Shown here one piece after another: positions 10,875 to 20,935 of a DNA stretch of 64,000 nucleotides. Origin of the DNA: an uncultured delta proteobacterium. GTDB lineage: Bacteria > Myxococcota > Myxococcia > Myxococcales > Anaeromyxobacteraceae. Made by a program: the position numbers and the translations under genes. The stretch lies in contig CAVYBH010000008.1 in assembly GCA_963766715.1 (NCBI GenBank), forward strand, positions 1 to 64,000, in the 5' to 3' direction. The first letter of the stretch is position 1, and each line of letters opens with the position of its first letter. The notes below the pieces were generated by a model. It did no database searches, was not told where the DNA came from, and saw nothing but the letters and a program-made list of their open reading frames with translations.

Positions 10875-11909
10875 ATGCATACGCTCACCGCCGCCGTGGT
10901 CGGAGCCTCCGGGTACTCGGGGCTCGAGCTCTCCCGCATCGTCGCCCGCCACCCGCGCCTGACGCTCTCGGCGCTCTACTCCGATCGCTGGGCCGACGAG
11001 GCCGCCGGAGCCCGGCTGCCGCTCTCCGCCCCGGCCGCGGCGCTCCGCTACCTGCCGCAGGCGCAGGCCCCCGATCTCCAGGCGGACGTGGCCTTCCTGG
11101 CCACGCCGGCCGAGGTCTCGCTGGCGCTGGGACCGGTCCTCCACGCCCGCGGGGTGAAGGTGGTGGACCTCTCCGGCGCCTTCCGGCTCCACGACCCGGC
11201 CGCCTATCCGACCTGGTACGGCTTCGAGCACACCGCGGTCCCGCTCCTCGGCGCCGCGCGCTACGGCCTGCCCGAGCTCGATCGGGCCGCGCTGCGCGGC
11301 GCCACCTTCGTCACCAACCCGGGCTGCTACGCCACCGCCATCGCGCTCGCCCTCTCCCCGCTGGTCCGTTCCGGGCTGGTCGGGCGCGACGGGATCGCCG
11401 TCTCCGCCATGAGCGGCGTCTCCGGCGCCGGCCGCAAGGCCAGCGAGGAGTACTCCTTCTGCGAGGTGGACGAGGACCTGCGCGCCTACCGGATCGGGCG
11501 CCACCAGCACGTGCCCGAGATCGAGCAGACCGTGGGGCGCTTCGCCGGCGGCGTCGGCCCCATCTCCTTCACGCCCCACCTCGTCCCCATCCGGCGCGGC
11601 ATCCTGGCCACCTGCGTGCTCCGGGCCGGCGCCGGCGCGACCGAGGCGGGCCTCCGGGCGGCCTACGACGCGGCCTACGGGGGCGAGCCCTTCGTGCGCG
11701 TGATGAAGGCGGAGCAGGTGGCGGTGAAGGACGTGGTCCGCACCAACCGCTGCCACCTGGGCGCCTCGCTCGACGCCCGCACCGGGCTCGTGGTGGCGGT
11801 CTCCGCCATCGACAACCTCGTGAAGGGGGCGGCCGGACAGGCCGTCCAGGCGCTCAATGCCACGCAGGGCTGGGACGAGACCCTCGGGCTCGATCTCGTC
11901 GGAGGATAG
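10875..11909 (+). CDS. argC: N-acetyl-gamma-glutamyl-phosphate reductase
   Basis: VVGASGYSG, DLSGAFRL, NPGCYATA, SGVSGAG and IDNLVKGAAGQA motifs. Confidence 0.96.
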   Translation: MHTLTAAVVGASGYSGLELSRIVARHPRLTLSALYSDRWADEAAGARLPLSAPAAALRYLPQAQAPDLQADVAFLATPAEVSLALGPVLHARGVKVVDLSGAFRLHDPAAYPTWYGFEHTAVPLLGAARYGLPELDRAALRGATFVTNPGCYATAIALALSPLVRSGLVGRDGIAVSAMSGVSGAGRKASEEYSFCEVDEDLRAYRIGRHQHVPEIEQTVGRFAGGVGPISFTPHLVPIRRGILATCVLRAGAGATEAGLRAAYDAAYGGEPFVRVMKAEQVAVKDVVRTNRCHLGASLDARTGLVVAVSAIDNLVKGAAGQAVQALNATQGWDETLGLDLVGG

Positions 11910-11911
11910 GC

Positions 11912-14011
11912 GTGAAGATCCCCAAGGGTTTCCGTTTCAGCGGCGTCGCGGTGGGCCTGAAGCCGCAGCGCCGGGACGTGGCGCTCGTGGTGTCCGACGT
12001 CCCGGCCGCCGCCGCCGGCCTCTTCACCGTCAACAAGGCCGCCGCCGCACCGGTGATGGACGCCCGCGACCGCGTCCCCGCCGAGGGGATGCGCGCGGTG
12101 CTCGTCAACAGCGGGAACGCCAACGCCCTCACCGGGCCGCGCGGGATGGAGGACGTGGCCAACCTGCGAGGCGCGCTGGCCGACGCGCTGGGCGTGCAGA
12201 AGCGCGCGGTGCTCACCGCCTCGACCGGCGTCATCGGCGTCCGGCTTCCCGCCCAGAAGATCCTCGACGCCATGCCCTCGCTGGTCGAGCAACTCGGCGC
12301 CCGCGCCGACTTCGCGGCCGAGGCCATCATGACCACCGACACGCGAACCAAGATGGCCTCGCGCGAGGTGGTGGTGGGCGGCAAGACCGCCACCGTGGCC
12401 GCCATCGCCAAGGGCTCGGGCATGCTGGCGCCGCAGCTGGCCACCATGATCTGCGTGCTCGTCACCGACGTGTCGGTGACGCCCAAGGTGCTCCAGGAGA
12501 TCCTGGGACGCGCGGTGAAGTGCACCTTCGAGATGCTCACCGTGGACGGGGACATGTCCACGAACGACAGCCTCATCGCGCTCGCCAACGGGCTGGCGGG
12601 GAACTCCCCGCATCTCGGAGGCCGGCCCGGACCTGGAGGTCCTGGAGGCCGCGGTCACCGATCTCTTCCGGGAGATGACCCGTGCCATGGCCGCCGACGG
12701 CGAGGGGGCGTCCAAGCTCCTCGAGGTCGTGGTGACCGGCGCACCGTCCGACGCCGCGGCGCGCGACGTGGCGCGCTCCATCGCCAACTCGCCGCTGGTG
12801 AAGGCGGCGCTGTTCGGCGCCGACCCGAACTGGGGCCGGGTGCTGGCCACGGTGGGATCCCGGGCCGGGACCCGCGGCTGGCTCATCGATCCGTACAAGG
12901 CCCGCGTGCTCCTCCAGGGCGTGCCCGTCTTCGCCAGCGGCGCGCCCACCGACTTCGACCGGGAGGCCCTGAAGGCCCGCATGCGCGAGCCCTCCATCGA
13001 CCTCCGGGTGGAGCTGGCCGACGGGGACGTCTCGGCCACGGCCTGGGGCTGCGACCTCTCCTACGACTACGTGAAGATCAACGCCGACTACTCCTCGCAG
13101 ATCGTGCAGAAGGCCGACGGCGGGATGGCCCGCGAGGACCACGTCGCCAACTACTCTCCCGCCTTCAAGCGCGCGCTGCTGGCCGAGGCCCTGAAGTACA
13201 TCGCGGCCTTCTCCGGGACAGGTCGCGGTCATCAAGTACGGCGGCGCAGCCATGGTGAAGGAGTCGCTGAAGGAGGCCTTCGCGGAGGACGTGGCGCTGC
13301 TCAAGCAGGTGGGGCTCAAGCCGGTGGTGGTCCACGGAGGCGCCCAGGAGGTCACCCGCACCATGGAGCGGCTGGGCGAGCGCTCCGAGTTCGTGGACGG
13401 GCTGCGCATCACCGACGCGACGTCGCTTCCGGTGGTGGAGATGGTCCTCACCGGGAAGGTGAACCAGGAGCTGGTGGCGCTGCTCAACCAGCGCAACGCC
13501 TCGGCGGTGGGACTCTCCGGCAAGGACGGGCAGCTCCTGCGGGCCCGCAAGATCGTCCACGAGAGCGGCCGCGACCTGGGCCACGTCGGCGAGGTGGTCG
13601 AGGTGAACAAGGACTTCCTCCGCATGCTGCTCAAGTCGAGCTACGTGCCGGTCATCTCGCCCATCGGCAGCGGCGAGGATGGGCGAGGACTGTCCGTGAA
13701 TGCCGACGACGTGGCCGCCGCGGTGGCGGTCGCGCTGGGCGCCAAGAAGCTCATCTACCTCACCGACGTGCCCGGCATCCTCGAGTCGGCGCCGGACGGC
13801 GGGATGGTGCGCCAGAATCTCCGGTCCGGACCTGGAGGCCCGCATCGAGGCCGGGGCCATCACCGGCGGGATGAAGCACAAGGCCCGGGCCATCCTCCGG
13901 GCGCTGGCCGGGGGCGTGGAGCGGGTGCACGTGCTCGACGGCCGGGTCCCGCACACCGTCATCGCCGAGCTCTTCACCGACCGTGGCGTCGGCACCCTGG
14001 TCTACCGGTGA
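11912..14011 (+). CDS. argJ: ArgJ (ornithine acetyltransferase) fused to ArgB (acetylglutamate kinase); about three frameshifts in this sequence
   Basis: NSGNANA, IMTTDT, KGSGM, DGDMSTND, DGEGA and YVKINADY, continuing without a stop into AEALKYI..VIKYGGAAM, VHGG, VNAD and ELFTDRGVGT; frame breaks near 12610, 13220 and 13820. Confidence 0.88.
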
Positions 14012-14476
14012 GCGCGATCGACATCCGGCGCCGCCGCGAGGCGGTGTCCCGCATCCTGCGGGCGGGCCCGGTCGCCACCCAGGAGGAGCTGCTCGCGACC
14101 CTGCGGCGCGAGGGCTTCCGGGCCACGCAGGGGACGCTCTCCCGCGACCTGGCGCGGCTCGGCGCCCGCCGGGTGTCGCGCCCGGAGGGCTCCTTCTACG
14201 AGGTGGGCGACGGCGCGCCCGCCGCGGTGGCGGCGGCGGTGGCGGGGCTGGTCTCGGCGTCGCCACCAACGGCTCGCTGGTGGTCATCCGCACGCTGCCG
14301 GGCAGCGCGCCGGCGGTGGCCCGGGCCATCGACCTGGCGCGGCATCTCCGGCGTGCTCGGCACCATCGCGGGCGACGACACGGTCTTCGTGGCGCCCGCG
14401 CGGGGCCGTGGCGCCCGCGCACTGGCCAGCCGGCTGGCCGGGCTCTTCGGCGACCGGCCCCGAGGTGCCGGGCTAG
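14008..14476 (+). CDS. argR: Arginine repressor (frameshifted; end approximate)
   Basis: TQEELL..GFRATQGTLSRDL winged helix; VIRTLPGSA and GTIAGDDTVF oligomerisation motifs. Confidence 0.9.
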
Positions 14477-15690
14477 CCCGCCGACGCGATCCGCGCCCAC
14501 TCGGCGCGGGACCGCAGCACGCAGTCCTCGATGGCGAGCCCCTCGAAGTAGTTCCCGGTCAGGGCGAGGCGCTGCCCCGCCAGCATGCGGTCGAGCTCGG
14601 CCACCACCCGGTCGTGGCCGAGCACCGGCGAGGGCAGGAGCGTCATCCGCTGCGACACCTCCTCGAAGGCGGAGGGCGGGACGCCGAGGATCTGCGAGAT
14701 GCGCGCGCGCTTCTCCTCGTCGGTCTTGCCGGTCTTGAAGTGGAACGCGAAGGCCCGCCGCTCGGGATCCGGCACCGGGTCGCGGGTCACCGCCGACCAG
14801 AAGACGTCGTCGGCGGGGACCAGGAACGCCATCTCGGGCAGCTTCAGCTGGTCGCGCCGGACCACCACGGCCATCGAGTCGGTGGCCGCCATCTTCACGC
14901 GGGCCAGCTCGGCCGCGAGCTCCGGGAAGTCCGTCCGCAGGAGCGCCGACGCCATGGCCGGCGGCACCGCCAGCGAGAGCACCGGCGACTCGAAGACGCG
15001 CCCGTCGAGGAGATGGACCTCGTAGCCGGCGGCGCGTCGCCTCACCTCGCGCACCACCGCGCGGGTGACGACCTCGATCCCGGGCTGGGCCGCCACGGCG
15101 GTGGCGACGGCGCCCAGGCCGCCGTCGAGCGTGAAGCTCTTCACCACGTCCTTGCGCCGCTCCCGCTTCTTGAAGAGCGAGCCCGGGCCAGCCACCGGGA
15201 AGGCGTCGACGTTCTGCGAGGGCACCGCCGACAGGAACGGCGCCAGGATCCGGGAGTAGTTCCGCTTCCCCACCACGCCGCCGTACCAGCCGGCCGTGGT
15301 CGCGCCCTCCTTGGGCGCCCGCATGCCGCGCAGCGCGTTGCGGAGGAGCTCCATCTTGTCGAAGCGCCAGAGGACCGAGATCGGGCCCAGCATGTCGATC
15401 GCGCCGTCGCGCAGGAAGGCGAAGCGCTTGCGGGCGTCGCCGCGGGGCACGATCCGGTCGCGGAGCCCGGTCCCCTCGATGATCTCCAGCAGGCCGGCGT
15501 AGGAGTTGTAGCAAGTGTGGGCGCCGAGCTCGTACCAGTACCCGGAGGCCGTGCGGCGGGAATCGAGGCACCCGCCGGCCCGCTCTGCCCCCTCCAGGAC
15601 CAGGACCTTCTTGCCCGCCCGGGCGGCGTGCCAGGCGAAGGCCAGACCGCTGATCCCACCCCCGACGACGATGACATCCCTTGATTCCAT
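14473..15690 (-). CDS. FAD-dependent oxidoreductase, protoporphyrinogen/coproporphyrinogen oxidase (HemY-like) family
   Basis: VIVVGGGISGL, LEG..RAGG, ELGAHT and TGNYFEGLAIEDC motifs. Confidence 0.75.
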   Translation of the reverse strand: MESRDVIVVGGGISGLAFAWHAARAGKKVLVLEGAERAGGCLDSRRTASGYWYELGAHTCYNSYAGLLEIIEGTGLRDRIVPRGDARKRFAFLRDGAIDMLGPISVLWRFDKMELLRNALRGMRAPKEGATTAGWYGGVVGKRNYSRILAPFLSAVPSQNVDAFPVAGPGSLFKKRERRKDVVKSFTLDGGLGAVATAVAAQPGIEVVTRAVVREVRRRAAGYEVHLLDGRVFESPVLSLAVPPAMASALLRTDFPELAAELARVKMAATDSMAVVVRRDQLKLPEMAFLVPADDVFWSAVTRDPVPDPERRAFAFHFKTGKTDEEKRARISQILGVPPSAFEEVSQRMTLLPSPVLGHDRVVAELDRMLAGQRLALTGNYFEGLAIEDCVLRSRAEWARIASAG

Positions 15691-15834
15691 CTAGGCTTTC
15701 CGACCTCCGTGCGCCTTCCGACGCGACCGCTCAGCGTCGCATGGCGCGGCGCGGCACGCCAGGGAATTTGGCCCCGGGAAGACCGTCGGATCGCGCTTTC
15801 ACCCCCTCGCTCCTTGGGCTACAACCTTCGAACC

Positions 15835-16713
15835 ATGAAGATCGGATTTCTCGGAACGGGGACCATGGGCGCGCCCATGGCCAACAACCTGCGCAAGTCG
15901 GGCCACACCGTCACCGTCTGGAACCGCACGGCGTCCCGGGCGGAACCCCTGGTGAAGAAGGGCGCCAGGAGCGCAGCGACGCCCCGTGACGCCGCCACCG
16001 GCCAGGACCTCGTCTTCCTGTGCCTCTCCGACGAGAAGTCGGTCGACGCGGTGCTCGAGGGGCCCGACGGCGCGCTGGCCGGCCTGCAGAAGGGCACCAT
16101 CGTCGTCGACACGTCCACCGCCGGCGTCCGCTGCGCGAAGTCGGTCGAGGAGCGCGTGAAGGCCCGCGGCGCGTCCTTCGTGGCCGCGCCGCTGCTCGGC
16201 ACCAAGTCGGCCGCCGAGAAGGCCCAGCTGACCATCGTCGCCGGCGGCCCCGCCGAGGCCCGCGAGAAGGCCCGCCCCGCGCTCCGCGCCATCTCGGCCC
16301 GGGTCATCGAGCTGGAGGGCGCGCAGCAGGCCGCCCTCATGAAACTGGTGGTGAACTCGGTGGGCGGCGCGATGATGGCGGCCTACGCCGAGGGGCTCGC
16401 GCTGGGCGCGTCCGGCGGGCTCGATCTCGCCAAGGTGGTGGAGACGCTGCAGGCCTCGAGCTTCCACTCCCCGCTCTTCCTCATGAAGGGCGAGCAGATC
16501 CTGGCCAAGGACTGGGCCCCCCGCTTCGCCGTGTCCCTCGCCGAGAAGGACCAGCGGCTCGCCCAGGAGGCGGCCGCCGATCAGGGCGCGAAGATGCCGG
16601 TGAACACCGCGGTCCGTCGCCTCTTCAGCGACGCCATCGAGAGCGGGCGAGGCGGCGACGACATGTGCGCCGTGGCCGACGTCTACTTCGGCTGGGCCGG
16701 CCTGAAGAAGTAG
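15835..16713 (+). CDS. NAD(P)-dependent beta-hydroxyacid dehydrogenase (3-hydroxyisobutyrate dehydrogenase family)
   Basis: IGFLGTGTMGAPMA, VWNRT, KLVVN and F..SLAEKD motifs. Confidence 0.88.
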   Translation: MKIGFLGTGTMGAPMANNLRKSGHTVTVWNRTASRAEPLVKKGARSAATPRDAATGQDLVFLCLSDEKSVDAVLEGPDGALAGLQKGTIVVDTSTAGVRCAKSVEERVKARGASFVAAPLLGTKSAAEKAQLTIVAGGPAEAREKARPALRAISARVIELEGAQQAALMKLVVNSVGGAMMAAYAEGLALGASGGLDLAKVVETLQASSFHSPLFLMKGEQILAKDWAPRFAVSLAEKDQRLAQEAAADQGAKMPVNTAVRRLFSDAIESGRGGDDMCAVADVYFGWAGLKK

Positions 16714-16733
16714 CCGCGACGCGCGGCAGGGCC

Positions 16734-17105
16734 CTAGTGCTTCAGGGCCTCGCTCACCGTGGTCCAGAGATCGTCCAGGTGGAACGGCTTCTTCACGAAG
16801 CCGCTGCACACGAGCCCGGTGGGAAGGAGCTTCTCCCGGACCTCTTCGGCGGGAGTGGCGGAGACGAAGAGCACCTTCGGGCACTTGTCTCCGAGCTGGT
16901 GCTTCATCGCGTCGAAGAAGGCCACGCCGTCCATCCCGGGCATCCGGTAGTCGACGAGCGCCAGGTCGGGCGGGTGCATGCGCGCGAGCTCCAGCGCGAC
17001 CAGCGGGTCGGACGCTCCCTCGACCTCGTGCCCGAGCTTCTGCACCCCGACCTGCAGGGCCTTCCGAACGATCTCCACGTCGTCGACGATGAGGACTCTT
17101 GCCAC
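16734..17105 (-). CDS. Single-domain response regulator (CheY-like)
   Basis: VLIVDD, PDLALVDYRMPGMDG and KKPF motifs. Confidence 0.88.
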   Translation of the reverse strand: MARVLIVDDVEIVRKALQVGVQKLGHEVEGASDPLVALELARMHPPDLALVDYRMPGMDGVAFFDAMKHQLGDKCPKVLFVSATPAEEVREKLLPTGLVCSGFVKKPFHLDDLWTTVSEALKH

Positions 17106-17263
17106 GGCGCCACCTCTGATGGGGGGACTGCTGCGAAGGGCATGCCGGACAAAAAGCCCGCGATTCCGTGGGAGGCCGATCGGGTCGAACCGAACCCCGG
17201 GTCGTGCCGCATGCCCACGGGACACTCGAACGGAATGTAGGTGTCGTCCCGACGTCCTAGGTC

Positions 17264-18226
17264 TCATCGGTAGCGGGCGAGCGCACGGCGCACCGCGTCG
17301 CCGTAGTGGCGCCGTGCGGACGGCGGCGCGAGGACCTCCGCGTCCCGTCCGAACGAGAGGGCGAAGCGGGTGGCCCACTCGTCGCTCACGCCCGGCACCT
17401 CGACGACGGCGCCGCCCTTCGCGTCGCGCTTCACCACCCGCCACTGGCCGGGACGCGCCAGCGCCCAGGCCGCGGCGAGAGGCCCGAGCCGCAGCCGGAC
17501 CGGGGTGCCCTGCGCCTCGGAGAAGAGGCGGCCGCGCGCCAGCTCGGCGTCGCTGGGGGGCTCGAAGCGCTTCTCGTCCACCGCGCACTCGCGGATGCGG
17601 TCGAGGCGGAACGGGAGCGCCTTGCCGCGGGCCTCGTCGTGCCCCCACAGGTACCAGTGGCCGAGCCGCTGCGCGAGCGTGTAGGGATGCACGACGCGCT
17701 CGCTCTCCTCGCCGCGCGTGGCGGTGAAGTAGCGGATGCGCAGCGCGCGCCGGGCGGCGATGGCCTGCTCGATGCGGCCGAGCAGCGAGTCCGGCGCGGG
17801 CGGCGACCCGGCGAAGATCCGGTCGAGCAGCTCGTCGAAGATGGCGCGCCGGTCCCGGGGAACGGCGTCGCGGAGCGCGCGCACCACGCGCTCCTTCCCC
17901 TCCCCTCCCAGCGCCCGGGCCGCCGCCGCCAGGGCCGCCGCCTCACTCTCCGTGAATCGCGGAGGGCGGGAGAAGCTCTGGTGGAGGGCCACGTGGACCT
18001 TGTCGCCGTCCACGTACAGGTCGAGGAAGTCGTCGGGCGCGAAGGGCGGGCATCCCACCCCGAGCAGGAAGTCGAGATCCTCGAGGATCTGCTTCTCGGG
18101 CACGCCGCACCGCTTCGCCAGGTCCCGGACCGGGATGCCGGGGTGGCGCACGGCGTAGGGGACGAGGAAGAGGACCCGGCGGAGCCGGTCGCGCGAGTCG
18201 GCCTTGGCGGCGACCTTCCGGGTCAT
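17264..18226 (-). CDS. HTH-WYL-WCX transcriptional regulator, PafC-like
   Basis: RLRRVLFLVPY HTH, RPPRFTESEAAAL, R.VHPY, GHWYLWG and FRLDRI motifs; start overlaps the upstream stop. Confidence 0.88.
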   Translation of the reverse strand: MTRKVAAKADSRDRLRRVLFLVPYAVRHPGIPVRDLAKRCGVPEKQILEDLDFLLGVGCPPFAPDDFLDLYVDGDKVHVALHQSFSRPPRFTESEAAALAAAARALGGEGKERVVRALRDAVPRDRRAIFDELLDRIFAGSPPAPDSLLGRIEQAIAARRALRIRYFTATRGEESERVVHPYTLAQRLGHWYLWGHDEARGKALPFRLDRIRECAVDEKRFEPPSDAELARGRLFSEAQGTPVRLRLGPLAAAWALARPGQWRVVKRDAKGGAVVEVPGVSDEWATRFALSFGRDAEVLAPPSARRHYGDAVRRALARYR

Positions 18227-19236
18227 GCCACCCTCCGCGCCAGCGCGGCGAGCACCTTCCGCGCCTTCTCCCGGAGCGACTTCGGCGCCAGGATCTCGGC
18301 CCGGTCGCCCAGCGAGAGCACGTGGCGGAGCAGCGCCTCCTCGTTCGTGGCCTCCACCTCGACCACCGCGCCGCCGTCCCCGTCCTTCCACGTGGCGCGC
18401 GGGCCGAACGACTCCCGCTCCTCCGGCATGGCCGGCCCCTCGAGCCGCACGCGGCACCGGACCGGTGCGTGCATGCGGAATTCCCAGGACTCGCGGGTCG
18501 CCAGCTCGGCGAGCGAGAACCCGCGACGCACCTCGAAGTCGGCCGTTCGCGGGGCGGCGGGGTTGACCTCCACCGAGACGATGCGTCCCAGGTGGAAGCT
18601 GCGGACGTCCTGGCGGAGGTGGCAGAACCCGGCCACGAACCAGGCCCCGCCGCGCTGGTAGAGGCCGTACGGGTCGACGTCGCGCTCCGTCCGGGCCCGG
18701 CGCTCCGCACCGGCGTAGACGAGGTGCACCCGCTTCCGCCCCGCCACCGCGACGGAGAGGACCTCCAGCCGCCTCGCCGCGTCGGCCCGCGCATCCTCCT
18801 CGGCGTCGTCGGCCGACAGCTGGAGCGCCGCCACCGCGGCCACCTCCGAGGCGCCCGGGGCGCGGGCCGCGAAGGAGAGCTTGTTCATGGCGTGGGCGAG
18901 ATCGCGGGCGTACGGGAAGACGCGCTGCGCCAGGGCGGCCGAGCCCGCCACGTAGAGGAGCGCCAGGTCCTCGGGCGGGAGCTTCAGATCGGGGAGGTAG
19001 AAGTCCTCCTTGTCGACGAGGTAGCCGGCCGAGAGATCCTCGTCGCCCCCCACCCAGCGGACCGGGATGCCGAGCTCCAGGAGCTCGGCCTTGTCCCGCT
19101 CGAACTTGCGGATGGCCGCCTCGCCCGGACCGCCGTAGTCGTCCGGGAACTGCTCCTGGATCTCCCGCCACGAGACCGGCTCCGAGGCGCGCAGGAGCAG
19201 CGCGGCCAGATCCAGGAGTCGTTCGGCCTTCTGCAT
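18223..19236 (-). CDS. HTH-WYL-WCX transcriptional regulator, PafB-like
   Basis: ERLLDL, RKFERDKAELLELGIP (PafB-type), RDVDPYGL, WFVAGFC and SFHLGRI motifs. Confidence 0.88.
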   Translation of the reverse strand: MQKAERLLDLAALLLRASEPVSWREIQEQFPDDYGGPGEAAIRKFERDKAELLELGIPVRWVGGDEDLSAGYLVDKEDFYLPDLKLPPEDLALLYVAGSAALAQRVFPYARDLAHAMNKLSFAARAPGASEVAAVAALQLSADDAEEDARADAARRLEVLSVAVAGRKRVHLVYAGAERRARTERDVDPYGLYQRGGAWFVAGFCHLRQDVRSFHLGRIVSVEVNPAAPRTADFEVRRGFSLAELATRESWEFRMHAPVRCRVRLEGPAMPEERESFGPRATWKDGDGGAVVEVEATNEEALLRHVLSLGDRAEILAPKSLREKARKVLAALARRVA

Positions 19237-19245
19237 GGGGCGTCG

Positions 19246-19273
19246 ACCTTAGCAGGGGATTGGGAAGCGTCAA
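19246..19273 (-). promoter_or_regulatory. Sigma70-type promoter for the WYL pair
   Basis: Minus strand TTGACG-N16-TAAGGT with TGn extension, 9 nt before the ATG at 19236. Confidence 0.6.
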
Positions 19274-19315
19274 CGGTGGTAGGCTCTCTCGTCCGCGGTC
19301 GCGCGGGCATCCCAC

Positions 19316-19952
19316 ATGGCTGGCATCGGAATCGGCCCCGACGAGTTCGCCGTCTTCGAGATCGAGGATCCCGAGGAACGGGCGCGCGCGGCCGACGGGC
19401 GCCTGGCCCCTCGCCTGCTCGTGCTGGGCGCCCTGCTCCAGGGCGGCCTGTCCCGGGTGGTGGGGCGGGAGGTCGGCCCGCGCCTGGGCGGCGCCGCCCG
19501 GCGGCGGGGCGGCGGTCCCGGCGAGGTCTGGGTGGCCTTCTCGGAGCGCGCGCGGATCGGGCGCGGCGCTCCCTACCTCGCACTCTCGGTGACCCGCGAC
19601 GGCCTCCACGCCCGGGTGGCCGTGCGGGGCGGATCGGACCGGCTGGAGGCGATGCGCGGGGCGCTGGTCCGGGAGGCCGCCAACCTGGCCCGCCGGGGCA
19701 AGCCCTTCCGCCGGGTCCGCGCCTATGCCGGGTGGGACCACGAGCACCTGCCGGAGATCGCGCCCACGTCCTCGGCCGCCTTCTGGCTGGAGGTCGCCGA
19801 CGGCCTGGCCGGCGCTCCCCGGCGCCCGCCCGTGGCCGACCTGGGCATCGCCTGGCCGCGCGAGGAGGCCCGCAGCCTGGCCATCGGAGACGTGCTGGGC
19901 GCCTTCCGCGACCTGGCGCCGGTCTGGAAGCTCCTCGCCAACGCCGGAGTGA
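19316..19952 (+). CDS. Hypothetical protein, DUF1054/YktB-like (end inferred across a frameshift)
   Basis: N-terminal F.VF.I..ER.. and VWVAFS..R..P.L..S pattern; ends L.PVWKL; divergent from the WYL pair. Confidence 0.55.
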
Positions 19953-19983
19953 CGCCGGCGTCGGCCGCTGGCTCGCTGGCCCG

Positions 19984-20833
19984 CTACTCGGCGGCGGGCG
20001 GGGCGAGGAGGCGGCGCGGCCGCGGCGGCGGCGCCTTCCTGGGCCCGCTTCTCCTCGCGGGCCGCCTGCCGGACGGCGTCGATGAGCTCCTCGTGCTCCT
20101 TGCGAAGCGCATCGTACCGGCGCCGCAGCTCGGCGTGCCGGTCCTTGGCGATGTCGAGCTCGCCCTTCTGCACCATGTAGACGCGCCGGTCGGTCTCGAG
20201 CCGGCCGCGCGCCGCCTTGAGGTCGCGCTCGAGGTCGGCGGCCTTCTTCCGCGCCTCGGCGAGCTTCGCCTCGGCCTTGTCGGCCCGTTCCTTCTCGGCG
20301 CGAAGCTGACCCTCGTCGGGGGACGCGGCAGCCGGAGCCGACGGCGCAGGCGCCTGGGACGCGGCCTGGGCTGCCTGGGCCTGGCTCCGCGCCTGGGCGA
20401 CGGCCTGCGCGGCCGCCGCCTTCTCGCGCTCCAGCTCGCGGGCGGCGCTGGCCGCCTGCCCCTCGAGCGCCTTGGCCCGCTCCGCCGCCGCGCTCGCCTC
20501 CGCGCGGGCGTCGGCGAGCCGGGTGGTGAGCTTCTCGATCTCCTCGCGCAGCGCCGGGGCGCCGGCCACCTTCTTCACCGCGTCGGCCTGATCGAAGGCG
20601 CGCTTCTTGGCCTCCTTGAGCTGATCGCGAAGCTGCGCCGCCTCGTCGCGCCTCTCCTTCGCCTCGGCGCGCGTCGCGGCGGCGTCCCGCATGGCGGATT
20701 CCGCTTGCTCCTGCAGCTTCCGGAGCGCGTCCTCCTTGCCGGCGAGCTCGGCGCGAGCGGTCTTGTGGGAGGCGAAGAAGTAGACGGCCGCCAGCACGGC
20801 GGCGAGGGCAATGAAGAGGAAGAGGCCGGTCAT
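19984..20833 (-). CDS. Membrane-anchored coiled-coil protein (end inferred across a frameshift)
   Basis: N-terminal TM helix followed by long A/E/K/R-rich heptads. Confidence 0.7.
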
Positions 20834-20935
20834 GGGGGGACGAAGCTATCCCCCGTCCGGACCTCTTGGCAAGGTCGGAAGGGGTCGCGGGAATGGCGTC
20901 CGGCAAGGAATCCGGCCGTGGGTTACCATCCCCGC

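Noticed and set aside
17264..20833. Apparent 1189-aa coiled-coil-WYL fusion
   Set aside because: It would read through two other genes; a frameshift near 19990 removes the coiled-coil gene's stop
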